In this document: positions 10,001 to 21,686 of the stretch, one piece after another | Position numbering within the stretch: position 1 is the stretch's first letter | Layout: each line of letters starts with the position of its first letter | From: Macrostomum lignano | Taxonomy: Eukaryota | Length of the DNA stretch: 64,000 bases | Reading direction: 5' to 3' | NCBI GenBank assembly: GCA_002269645.1 | Contig: NIVC01001215.1 | Location: 148,022-212,021, forward strand | Program-made: the position numbers and the translations under genes | Notes under the pieces: model-generated | What the model saw: only the letters and a program-made list of their open reading frames with translations | Databases searched by the model: none | Told to the model about the DNA's origin: nothing

Positions 10001-12287
10001 GAAAGTCTTTAAAACTCCTACCAGTAGATACTACTTCTGTAGGCTTGGCCAACCGTCTGAAGGTGAAGGTGTCCATAGACATCAGTGAAGCATCCGCGCC
10101 AGTATCAAATACCATATCCACGATCGTCCCACACTCTTGACTGACCGTTGATCTGCACACGCTTAGAAATCCTACTCTTACTGGCTGACAGTGAGAAGAT
10201 TTTGCTGCACTTTTATTCGTCCGACAACTGTTCACGCTGCCGTTGCTCTTGCATCAATCTCACTCTTGATGGTCCTCGTTGGTCACTTCGGAATTTCGAA
10301 GCTTTGCACATATTTTTTAAATGGCCTTCTTTACCGCATTTATCACACTTTCGTGTTTTGAAGCGACACTTAGTTTTCATATGGCCAACTTTTCCACAGC
10401 AAAGACAAGTAATCTCCTTGCTACTTCTTCCCTCTGCATTCCTTGTAGGTTGGCTCTTCCGGTACTCACCACTTCTCTGTGGCTGCTGCCGACTTGTGAT
10501 ATGCCGTGTTTGTAGTACGTTGGAGCCAGATATATGCTTTTCACTCTTTTGCACCGCTTCGCAGGCTGTCGCCACTGCCGTAACTCTTTCCCATGTCTGT
10601 TTCTCAATATCCTCCTCAAGTAGCTTGCGGAGGATTTCTTTATTATACAGTCCAAATATGAACTGATCGCGGAGTCGGTTCTTGCCCTCGTCCTCTCCGA
10701 ATCTGCAGTCTTCAGAAAGCTGCCTTAACCTTCTGCCGTATGTAACAATGTCTTCATTGGCCTCTTGTTTTGCTTTATGAAATTCGTATCTGCATGCAAT
10801 CGTTGGCTTTTCCATTCTGACTTGATTCTTGAGAAGTTGGCTTAGATAATCATACGTCTTCTTCTCAAGTTTGTACGGAACAATAGCGTCAGCGAGCATA
10901 TTGAATGTCTTCTTACCAATCAAGGCCAGGAAGGCATTGCGCTTTTTGTCATCTTTCCAGTCGTTTAGAGAGGCACATATTTCGAAGCGCTGATTCCATC
11001 TTTGGGGATCCTCGCCTTCGTCTAGTAGTTCCATAGTTGGCGTCCTCGTCGCCATTGTTATCGTCGTGGGCTTTTACGACAACATAACTCACAAAAGACT
11101 TGGAATATTAAAACTTTGATTTTTACCGACACTCGGTACATTCTCGATACAACTCGCGTCTTCCTTTTCCTTCCTTTTATTTGCTAACTGCCCTTTATTA
11201 TACAGCACTTTGTAGTCTAGGCTCTCTTAGCCATAGACAAGTTTTCGTGGCATACGAAGCCACTAACATAGGCGTTGGGTGCGACTGCAGATCCCCATTA
11301 GCTCATAGGGATGCTGGGCTTAGCTGCAGATCCCCATCAGCTCATAGGGATGCTGGGCTTAGCTGCAGATCCCCATCAGCTCATAGGGATGCTGGGCTTA
11401 GCTGCAGATCCCGATGTGGGCCCTAAACTCTAAAAATCCACCCGGCCAAACCCACCTGCAGGTCGTCGATCTCGTCCCACTCCACCCTCCGCCAGTGCCG
11501 CCTCCCGCCCTGACCGCCGCAACCTGCGGCCTCCGCCTCGGCAGTCGAAGCCTCCGCAGCAGCGGCGGCGCCAAAAGTTTCAAGCCGCCGGCGTGCCAGC
11601 CTCGCCAGGAGGTCGAGCCGGCCAGCGGTCTCGCTGGTCTCCGCAGCCGCGGCTGCCGCTTCGCAGCCTTCGGCCAGCAGGCGGAGCTCGCGAAACTCCG
11701 GCGGCAGGCGAAGCAGCTCCTGGAACGGCTCGGCAAGCCAAGCATTCAGCGTCACCAGCAGCGCCGCGCGCAGCCGCTCCGAGTTCACCCGGCTGCTGCC
11801 GTTGCGGAGCCTGGGAGAAAAATCACCGATGTACTACTACTGATTTGAATAATAAGTATTCAGCATATAACGTATTGAGTCTTGACCACTTGCAGCACAT
11901 GAGCAAACTCACTTGTCAAATACGATCTGCAGCAGCTCCTCGGTGCTAGCAAAAGCCGGATAGGTGGTGAGCAGAATGTTCATGTGCAGGCAGTCCACCT
12001 TGTCCTCCAGGTGGTCCGGTGGCGCCAGGCCTTCCACGATGGCCTCAAGAGAGCCGGCCATGAAAATGCAGGCTCGATCTTCTGGAGGCTGTTCCAGCTG
12101 TCGATGCTGTGGTGTTTATTTGGGTAGCTTAATATTTGGGTAATGTATAGGGCATAATGATATAGTTGGGCTACAGATACTATGTACTGCTTACCAGAGA
12201 ACCAGTTGCAGAAACAAACTGCTTTTTCATCTTCATAGTGTAGACAGCATAGCCCTCTTCCACAATTTCTGTTGGTGGAGAGTCTTC
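7019..12287 (-). CDS. RalGDS/RGL-like Ras guanine nucleotide exchange factor (REM + CDC25 domains), partial; exons 12287-12195, 12097-11913, 11810-11456, 8072-7566, 7305-7019
   Basis: REM motif AGSLEAIVEGL...LLTTYPAFASTEELL; CDC25 motifs VAEQLTRLDARLFESV, FSSLCAIVCTL, VPYLGTFLTDL, NFDKRRREY; N-terminal EEGYAVYTMKMKK resembles RGL proteins; all introns GT-AG and phase-consistent. Start exon and downstream exons not located. Confidence 0.88.
7365..7545. repeat. Degenerate ~27-bp intronic tandem repeat (CAGTCACTCCGGATT...)
   Basis: Recurring CAGTCACTC core. Confidence 0.7.
8231..10235 (-). pseudogene. pol: Disrupted pol (PR, partial RT, RNase H, partial IN) with frameshifts, an RT deletion and a 469-bp tandem duplication
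   Basis: FDTGADASL; WATPIVCVRKQNGRIRLCGDYK; jump from PSIED to ASPYGIG near 9575; AERNYAQ...TDHRPL; LHEGHLG...WSRVHIDF duplicated at 8258-8726 and 8727-9195. Confidence 0.9.
10213..11055 (-). CDS. gag: Gag protein (280 aa, two CCHC zinc knuckles)
   Basis: CLCCGKVGHMKTKC and CDKCGKEGHLKNMC. Confidence 0.88.
   Translation of the reverse strand: MATRTPTMELLDEGEDPQRWNQRFEICASLNDWKDDKKRNAFLALIGKKTFNMLADAIVPYKLEKKTYDYLSQLLKNQVRMEKPTIACRYEFHKAKQEANEDIVTYGRRLRQLSEDCRFGEDEGKNRLRDQFIFGLYNKEILRKLLEEDIEKQTWERVTAVATACEAVQKSEKHISGSNVLQTRHITSRQQPQRSGEYRKSQPTRNAEGRSSKEITCLCCGKVGHMKTKCRFKTRKCDKCGKEGHLKNMCKASKFRSDQRGPSRVRLMQEQRQREQLSDE
11285..11413. repeat. 39-bp intronic tandem repeat, ~3.3 copies
   Basis: CTGCAGATCCCC starts at 11285, 11324, 11363 and 11402. 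Confidence 0.9.
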
Positions 12288-14104
12288 CTAGAAAAAGCAT
12301 TGTTTAATTAATCAAAAGTAACAAATAAAATTGCTTTCTTAACCACAGAGCATGAAATTGTATATTGTTGCTCTAAAGAATAATATGAATTATGAGTACA
12401 AATTAGAAAATATTTTTAAATAAGTTTCTTTAAAATTTTATTATCCCTGCTTATATGTATTAGAAATATCAAATTGTGTCAAATAAATGCAGTAAAAGTA
12501 TTTAATATTAGCTTTAAAAAGTAGGAATACTGAAATCAAAAGTAAAAAACAAGTAAAAGCTGCCTTGTTGGAATTCGTGCTCGAACTAATTCTCAGAACC
12601 TGCTGCATTATATTTGAAAAAAATAAATTAATTGTTGCAATAGCTGAAGTGAAATAATACTAGTAGCAAGCATTTTTAAGCATAGAATAATCTTTTAAAA
12701 AGCTTAGACTTCTTTCGAAACGAAAACCCTGTCTGTTTTTTGGAAAGAATTAACAATAGCTTACAAGATCCACATAAAATTTTGACCTTGCTGAAAGTGA
12801 CATATTAAGAATTTGAGAAAATTATTGTAACTTAAAGGAGTCACCAGAAGAAACCAAAAACCGACTTAATAAGATATCAACCAAAAAGGAGGAAGCTTGG
12901 TAATCTTCTGGCAAAACTTAGGAAGAGATCATGTTTCTAGTATAATTCTCTGATCCGTAAGCCAATGGATCAAAAAATTTGTTTTAGAAAGTAAGCCAAC
13001 AACAGTTATTTATATATATAACGGTCATTATGCAGGATTGCGCCTTATTTAATAAAGTTAAAAAACTATTTTGTTAAACTGTGCTAAAAGCCGTAAAGAC
13101 TTTAAGTTTTACCAATAGTCTTTTAGACACAAATTTTAGACACTTTAAGAGTTTTTAATCAGTATCGAACATTAGCAAGAAAAAAGCTGTCAAAAATACT
13201 CTCTGCATCTTGATGTGTATTTCCACTTGATTCCGAAATGAGTTACAGCTACCTTCAGGACAAGCTAGTGTACAGAGAATGGAAAAGACTTCATACTTTT
13301 AGTAATACTATATAGCCACATTTAGCACTAATTTTAACCATGAACAGTTCACAATGTACACTATGTGTGCAAGGAATACATACATGTAGTTCGAGGTTTA
13401 CGCAAAAATTGATAGAGTTGTTTCTAAAACTCTGAATACTCGTAATGTTATGTTGTATTATTTTTATTTTCTACATGCAAGAGCTCCAGTGAGAATATCA
13501 AGCTATACTATATGTATGTTCAAATTTCATACAGACTAGTCAGATGTTCATATTTTTAATGCTCAAATGTTACGATCCCCGGAGGTTTTACTCGTACAGA
13601 CACAATTTGTACTTGAAGTATTACGAATAAAACTAGAACTTAAAGCCGACAAAGAAAATCGGCTGTAAAGTTAAAAAGAATTTTTTATAATAAAACCGTG
13701 AAAATGACAAAGCAAATTAGCTTTTGGAATAGTGGAACAGGTGTTACAAATACATTAATGGCTCACTGATGCCTCGTTTATTTAATTATAGTCATAAAAA
13801 TGCAGACAGCACAACAGCAACAATTGCCTTGTAACACTCCTTAATAAAATTGGATCCGAGGAACTTGTACAATTGGCTACAATTGTGGCTAACTTATTCT
13901 TCCGAGTCTCAGCATGGATGACACGCCAGAGCAACAAACAACAAACTAGGGAGCGGGGGAAAAATCGGAACAGATAGGATTGAGGGCCGCGATACGCTTA
14001 GCAACAAACACAAGGCCAGTTCTAGCGATACTCGTTATTATTACGTGTCTGCAGCTATACGAGCTAAAAGTACAAATAAAATAGGTTACGCAGCTCAGGT
14101 CAAC

Positions 14105-16833
14105 TCAGGTCACGGACTTCTGCCCGCTGGCATCCATTTTGGCCCGCTTCTTGTTGATGGCGTCTTCAACGGCCTTCAGCTGCTCCAACAGCTGCTCCTT
14201 GCGAGACAGCGCCGTGGAGGACCGCTTCTTGCCAGAGGCCTCCGTGCCGGAATCTTTGCTGGGCGTTGGACGCGACGGCCGCGGCTCCCGAGAGTCGTGT
14301 GTCCGGGCTGCGGGTGGCAGAGGCAAAAACGAACGGGTTTGAGTAAGTTAAAAAATCGTGTCTAATGCCTGGCTGAACTGCTTCAATTACATGATTTATT
14401 ATACATTATTCTCATCACCCAGGCCATTATTATCACATGATTGTTAGCTTGCAGAGACGCAAGTAGTCATTATCTATTCCCAGAGCAGGCACACAGGGTG
14501 TACGGCACAGACTTTCTTTCCGTTAGGCCTGTACATACTCTGTGAGGTTCGCCCTATGGGTGAGAGTTGCACGCCAAATATCTGTGCACGAGATCAAAGT
14601 TGTACGAGTCAGGCTCACTACTAAGATTCTGCATCACTACTAAGCTAAAGAAAACAGGCCAATTTAGAGTTTAGCAAAGCCCGGACAAGGCGGGGGTCTC
14701 ACATTTTCTAGACTCGCTTGGCTCCGCAGGCCGCTGGCGCTTCCCCGCCTCAGCCACCTCAGAGGAGCTCGGCCGGCGCTTCCGTGCTGCTCTAGCGCGG
14801 CTCCTTTGATCTGGCGGTGGCCTCCTTTGATCTGGCGGTGGCCTCCTTTGATCTGGCGGTGGCCTCCTTTGATCTGGCGGTGGCACAGCGGTCGATGACG
14901 GAGGCGGCGGCGGAAGGACAGCGTGCGAGCGGAGCTTCCCGCCCACGTGGCCAGCAATGGCGGGCGGTTGGCCGTCGGCATGCGGCGTTGCCGGCTTCTG
15001 CTTCTGACGCCGCTGCTCGCCGTCGCTGTTCTCTGCAGAGGACGACGAGGAATCAGCGGAGCTGGACGAGGAGCCGCCAGATGAAGACGACGATGACGAG
15101 GACGAGGATGAGCTAGAAGACGCAGAGCTGGCCGAGTCCGTGCGGCGGCGTGACGGTGGCATCGGCCGTTCTGCGCCGTCAGTTGCTGCAGCCGTCTCAG
15201 CGGCATTGCCGACGGCGCCGTCTCTGTAGGCAGCCGGCAGCGGGCGACGCTCTGGTTGAGCCGACGCGGGCGGCGGCGGCCGTTCTTTCCAGCGTTGCGG
15301 GCCGCGGCCCCGCTCGGAGGAGGCCGCCGACGAGGAGGAAGAGGAGGAGCCGGAGGAGGAGGAAGAGGAGGACGAGGAGCGGCGGGAGCGCGAGGACGAG
15401 GAGGAGCCGCTGCTGGAGTCCGAGGAGGCGCCCTGGCGACGCCGGCGCTGCTGAGCGGCGCGGTTGCGGTCCCAGGGGTCCACCCAGGCCGCTGGTCCTC
15501 CGCCAGAGTCTCCTGGAGGCCGCGGACGACCACGCCGTTGCCAGCCAGACTCCGGCGGTGGGCCGGTGCCGTCGTGACCGTCACCGTTCTCACCGCGGCG
15601 GTGTCGCCTGTGCGGTGGCTGCTGCGGCTGGCGGTGGTGGCGGCCACCGGTCGGCGCTCCTGAAGCAGCGGCATCCGGGCCGCCAGATGCTTCAGCGCGG
15701 GCGCTGGCGGCAGCAGCGGCGGCTTCTCGCTGCCGCTTCTCCATTTCACGGCGCCACCGCCGGGTCTCCTGGACTTCGCGGAACACGTCTCTATAGTACT
15801 CGATGTCCTCCTCCTGCGGAAGCGGGTCGTGAAAGCGGGCAATAAGATCGATCTTATAAAAATGAAGGTCAGCAACTCTGGCCAGCAGTATTAATTCAGC
15901 TCCTTGCACTTCTACAGTTTGCCTATAGGTGCGGCTGTTTTTGACACAGATCCAGCGAAATGGGGCCTCACCTTCTCCTCAGCAGCTGCCAGTGCAGCGG
16001 CAGCACCGGCAGCGGCCTCGGCTGCGGCAGAGTCCCCGTTGTCCTCACCGACATCGTCGATGTCTCTGGGTAGGAAGCGTTTCCGCTTGAGGTCCTCGGC
16101 AGCGGCCTGGTAGTACTCACAGAACATGGGCTCCGGCTCCGGCCGGGCCACCAGTGCGGTCGGCAGGCGCGGCGCGGGCTTCTTTTTTGAGGCTGGCGGC
16201 GCCTTCTGCTGCGGAGGCTGCGGAGGAGCCGGCGGCGGTGGTGCCGGCTTCGGCTTCGGTGTCAAGGTGGTGGCGGCCGACAGCTGCTTGGCCAGGGCTT
16301 CATCTCTGGCTGCCGGCAGGTTCAGCTTCTTCTCCTTGAAGGCCTCCGCCTCCATGGCACGCCGCTCCTGCGCCTTGGCGCGGCGCTCGCGAGCAATGCG
16401 CAGCGCCTTCTCCCATGGTGTCTCCGGCTTCGAGGCCTCTGCCGACTCGGCCGTCGCAGCAGCGTCTGCGGCCACCGGCGCCACCTCCTCCTCCTCCAGC
16501 CGCGGCGGCAGCCGAGGCAGCAGCAGCAGCGGCGGCAGCCGAGGCAGCAGCAGCAGCGGCGGCGGCCGCCTCGTCCTCAGACAGCACCTCGCCCTCCTCG
16601 AAGTCCTTGGAGCCGTCACCGCGGACTTCGCCTTCCTCGTCGCTGGTGCGAACTTCGCCATCGCTGACGCTCGAGTCGGACGCCTCGCCGTCGTCTTCCG
16701 CGACTTGGACAGCCGCTGGCGCCGCTTGCGGAGCCTCCCGGGGCACGTCATCGACAAAGTCCAGCTGCTCTTCTTCATCGTCGCCGTCTGGGGGATGCCC
16801 GGCCGCAGCCTGGGCGAGCGTTGGCAAGGACAT
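14105..16833 (-). CDS. ZC3H18: ZC3H18-like protein; exons 16833-15972 (apparent 1-nt frameshift near 16497), 15852-14703, 14307-14105
   Basis: C-terminal LSRKEQLLEQLKAVEDAINKKRAK, TPWEKALRIARE...FKEKK and EEGEV motifs recall ZC3H18; long Ser/Arg-rich middle; introns phase-consistent. No CCCH finger seen. Confidence 0.65.
14812..14884 (-). repeat. 21-bp coding repeat (PPPDQRR, 3-4 copies)
   Basis: CTCCTTTGATCTGGCGGTGGC units inside exon 2. Confidence 0.85.
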
Positions 16834-17441
16834 TGGCGGGCTGGGAGCGGCAGGTAGCTGCGGTGCAGTTCGAAATGCATTACTTGTGTTTAGGTCAGGT
16901 TAAGTCAGAAAGCAACACAGTCCTACTCGAGCACACATTCAATTTAATTGAAGGCATAAAAATTCACTGATCTACAGATTACTATCGATTGATCATATAC
17001 ATGGGTTCTGATTATGTATCCAGTATTTTTTTACATTAAAATGCCAAAATGATCTGACACTTTATGGATAAAAATTGAATTCTTTATTAAATATAAATTT
17101 ATAATAAATGAATAGTTCTATAAAAGTATTCTACCAGGTTGTCTAGAAGGTTATTGCACTTTGCCTTTGGTTTAATAACTTTTGCTGGGTAAAAATAGAA
17201 ATTTTTAGATCTTAAATAAAAAGTTATTAATCTAATAAATACTAAGATAGTATAAGATCTCAAATGAACTTTTATGGGTAGGTCTAACAAACTAAATACT
17301 TTAATAAAAAATCTATATTTATTTAGATTAATTGTATGTTCAAGAATTTATAACTACACTTTTTTAGGTTTTTATTGTTCTTAATAAGTTGATCCTATTC
17401 AACCCTTGAGACGATAGTAAGACAAAATAGACCATTATAAT

Positions 17442-17707
17442 CATACATGCGCAACCCCCCTGATTTACACTGGCCATGCGACTTACTTTTTGACCAAAAA
17501 TGCGACTTACCTGTGAAAGAAACCCTAACGCAATTTTGGGTAAACGGCAGGAGTAACTATGACTGTCTTATAAGGGCTAAATGCCTCGTCATCTAATTAG
17601 TACTACGTCTGTATTCTATAGGCTGGGCATTTTTGCGACTTACCCCTGGTCCACCACAATTTACGGTGGCCAGATCGGCCAGGTCGGCCAGCAGTTGCGC
17701 ATGTATG
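17442..17707. mobile_element. hAT-like MITE (266 bp) containing a 28S rDNA-derived segment
   Basis: Perfect TIR CATACATGCGCAAC / GTTGCGCATGTATG; 8-bp flanking ATTATAAT at 17434-17441 and 17708-17715 (palindromic, so the TSD call is ambiguous); three TGCGACTTAC subterminal motifs. Confidence 0.8.
17538..17601 (+). pseudogene. Diverged 28S rRNA fragment (H69-H71 region; R2/I-PpoI target)
   Basis: GGGTAAACGGCAGGAGTAACTATGACTGTCTTATAAGGGCTAAATGCCTCGTCATCTAATTAGT versus the conserved 28S GGGTAAACGGCGGGAGTAACTATGACTCTCTTAAGGTAGCCAAATGCCTCGTCATCTAATTAGT (recalled, not searched). Confidence 0.85.
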
Positions 17708-20700
17708 ATTATAATGATATTTAGGTAAATGTTATTTACTTTTAAACCAAAAAATTATTTTATCAATTTAAAATATTGATAGAAATAAACAACATAACAT
17801 TAAAAATTTAATAATACTTTTTATCAAATAGGTATACTATCAAGATTTTTTTCTTCTATAACCTAGAAGAAAAAAATATTTAATAAAAAAATTATACTTT
17901 CATTTCTCTAAAGAAAATATGGACCTAAAATTATTTATCAAATGATATCTTAAGAAAAATGCTAAAAAACTTGATTTTGCTTAAAAAGATTTAAAATGTG
18001 CATAGGGACCCTATAGTCAAGAAGGTAGCCTTTGCCAAGGAAACTAGTATATGCATATATAAAGAGTATTTTAAAACAAAATCAATACTTATATATTAAA
18101 TTTCTACAAGTACATATATAAGTGTCACTATATAGATTAGGGCCATGGTTAGGAAGATGGCATATACCAGAATAATTTTTGAACAATCTATGTGCCATTA
18201 AAAAGTTTTTAAACCCTTCCTTAAATTTTTAATGAAGGAATTTGAGATTTCTTGTGTTAAAAAATGTCAAAATATTATCTTGAATCTTATTTAGTCAAGA
18301 TCTTGTGACACTTCTAATAATATTTAGACTTGCTTAGGGCCTATATTGCTATATAATATATATACCATAAATTTTAAATTGAACAATAGAATATTAACAA
18401 AAATTTTATTGCAAGCTATGTCTATATTTTAAAATAAAGTTAATAAAAATGAAAGAGACAAAATTGATAAAATTAGCTTTTTAAATTATACTACATTGCA
18501 TTAACAAACTAAACTTAAAGCAATTTTTAATTGCAATTAAGGCAAATTAATTTAGTTTATTTAGTTTTTGATTTAGGCCTTAGTCTAATTAATATACTGT
18601 GGCAAACAAGTGCAAGTGCACCTAAAAATAGCCATTTAGGATAGGTGCCCTTGCACCCACCTCTCATCACGCCACATCTATGTACCACTAACCCTAGAGA
18701 GGAGTTTATCCACCTACCTTGATCTACATGGGAGTTAGGTTGATTAACTAATAGGTTGGCCTATTTAACCTGATTTTGTGGACACACTTGTAATAACTTT
18801 TTGCTTTTTGCCAGTTGTGCAACCAGAATTTTTTTTAGGGGGGAAAAGCAGATTTTGGAGGGTAAAGTCCCTAGATGGGAGGCAGAGGGGTGGCTCTGTT
18901 TATGGCAAAAATTCACTTGGTCCCCCCTTTGATTTTTTATTTGGGTCTCCAATCTCCATCTAAGGGGGGGGGGCAACCACCTCCCACCCCCCTGATTGTG
19001 CCACTGCTCTCTGCAAATACAATTTTAAGTCTGCAGGCAGTAGCCAGTAGTTATTGCCTACTTTAATAATAATAAAAAATGTTTATCCATTATTAATAGA
19101 TGAAGGAAATAGACAGTGATGACATCCAAATCCCATACCTGGGACCTTAGTGTACTATATGATTATATTCCTAGTCAATTATTACATTATCAATAGGGAC
19201 CCTTATATGCTAGAATTTTCTATGGCAAAGGCTAGGCCTGCCCTACCTTATGGCATATGCCTATGCATAGGCATAATAATTCTGTAATTTCTAACAGAAT
19301 TAGAAAGTAGATAAGTAAATAAGTAAATAAAAACCAGGCAACTGAGCTATTTTGAAGTCATGGCAGTATGTGAATGTGTTAGGGCACAGAAACAACACAC
19401 AGATGGCATTGGCATACAGTACAGATTGTCCTCCTAAATTTGTTTTCTAATGCATACTATGCCACTTTAAATATGGTCAGGAATAGACCTACCAGGCTTT
19501 TTTCTAATGCCAATAAAACTACTACAAAATGACTGAAATCGTGCTCATACTCATAGGAATAGATAGCAAATAGTTAAAGCGTTCATTGAAGGCTGAAGCC
19601 CCTACCTTACCTAGGCTAGTCTAAATAATTAGTTAAGGCTTCCACAGATTCTAAATTATTACAGTTGGATTTTTGGTAATGCAAAGCAAAATTTACAGCA
19701 AATAGATTTTTAAATTAGCTTTCCCAGTAACAACTCGAGCGCCTTTATAGGATATTCAAATCTTATGAATTAATGGCTGATTCGAATTTCGTGAAAAAAA
19801 CTCGTCTACTAACACTTATTAAATTTAAAATATATCAGTATATTCTAATAAAAATATCTTTGCCTATCAAGCAATTTCTTCATATACGGATACGTGATAA
19901 CCAACAAACAAACGTTATATTTTTGTAAAGGACCTAAAGTAAAAAAGTAAACTTATCTAGAATTCGTTGAAAAAGCATCTGTGCTCATACCGTTAGCTTA
20001 GGTGTCTAAAATACTATCTCGATAGTTACATTATGTAGCTGCCATAACAGAATTAGACAGTAGATAAGTAGATAAGTAAATAAAAACCAGGCAACTGAGC
20101 TATTTTGAAGTCATCGAGCTTTTTCTTGCAAATTTGCAATCTTACTGAGATGCTGACACCCATAGATTCAGTTATACAGTAGTATGCCGCATTAGATTCA
20201 GTTGCAAATAACCTGGAAAAACAGCAAGTTGCAAGTAGGTACATGTATTTCAGTAAAAGTATAGCATTTTGACTTAAGCAGCCGCATAAATTAACCCACT
20301 CTGAAAAAAGTACGAGTAAATGTTCATGTAAACAACATTAATTCTGCAATTCCTTCATCTTTAACTGCATAGAAGCCAGGTCAGGTGTATTTCTGGTAGC
20401 CAATGGCAGTCAACAAAGGATAGGATTTCCGCTCTAAAACACAGCACTGACACAAATGCAGCCGCTGGATTCTGACAACAAAAGCAAAAATAGAAATAGC
20501 AGCCAGACAAAATGAAACCAAAACGCTGTCTCTTGAAATTCAAAACAGATACGAAAAAGCACACCCAAATAGACCACAATTCTAGCTAAAATGTAATCAA
20601 ATCTAAATATACTAATCCTATACTAAATACGAGTAAAACCACACAAACCTTATTTAGATAGATTGTTCATCTTCCGATTACACTGAATTATTGAAATGCG

Positions 20701-21686
20701 CTTTAGACATGACCCGGAAAGCGCTTGCATTGGGAAACTGATTAAAAGACACTGATTGCAAAGACGGCAGGATTTAGTTGGCAATGATTAGTAAAATAAG
20801 CTGAGCCGGGCAAGTGCGCACTCTCACAAAATAACAGCAGACTGAACACGAAAGCTTTCCTAGATGGACATTCAATACGCCAGCTAATGTCAAAGCCGAA
20901 GCAACCCATTACGTTTTAAAGGAGTTTTGCCTAGAGAGAAAACACTGGGAGGAGGCAGCGCACCGGCTGCACTGTCGATTCGTGCTAAAACTCTGAGTAA
21001 ATCTTAAGACACCGGCGCACAAATGGCATCATGAAGGCCAGCTGGAATGACACTGGGCGCAGGTAGCTACTCATAGTAAGTAGGTAACAGTGATACTCGC
21101 ATAAGCCAACATCATGTGTGGCCAGAGTGGGCAGTCGCACAAAGCAGCACAAGAAAAAACAGCATGCGTACATAGACATCAGTGTAAGCAGGTTTAGACA
21201 GTTAAAATACATCTGAGAAACAGTCAACCGCATATTTGTGAAACAAACTACAACAGCAACAGCTAAAACAAAAAAATCTGATCTGATAAAATTCACGAGT
21301 GAACACGCGGCAAAGACAGAAACGAGACAGCCGACAGCTGAGCAGAGCATACTGTTTACCTGCTTCATTATAACAGAATAGTTATAAATCTCGCTTACCT
21401 GAACTGGACAGGACAGGTAGGCACACCCGCGCATCCATCCCAATTCAAGCAATCACAGGCCAGCTTCATCAACTGTTAATCACAGCTGCAAAATGCAGAA
21501 TCATAGTTTTTCATTTGCCACCTGCCCTGTCTAGTAGGAACAAAGTAAGCTGGGTGGAGGGATAAAATATTTTTTCAAGATTTTTAGGCTTAAAAAGCTT
21601 CAACTGTCAACAAAGCGCAAAAATTATTCATTCGTCACTGCACTACTCAACTCCTCCGATTGAGTCGGGTCGAAAAACTGCGCGCC

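Larger units (their letters stand above)
8213..11268 (-). mobile_element. Decayed Ty3/Gypsy (Mag-like) LTR retrotransposon in a RasGEF intron
   Basis: 5-bp TSD TAGGC (8208-8212, 11269-11273); 5' LTR 11056-11268 (TGT...ACA); PBS TGGCGACGAGG at 11054; gag with two CCHC knuckles; protease FDTGAD; RT start; RNase H; integrase zinc-binding region; only ~20 bp of the 3' LTR remains at 8213. Confidence 0.93.

Noticed and set aside
14817-16903. Plus-strand ORFs opposite the ZC3H18-like gene (and similar antisense ORFs over the RasGEF, fusion, gag/pol and MTSS1 exons)
   Set aside because: Shadow ORFs of GC-rich coding sequence with no motifs of their own.
17538-17601. Functional 28S rRNA gene
   Set aside because: Only ~64 bp, mutated in a highly conserved helix and enclosed in a MITE.
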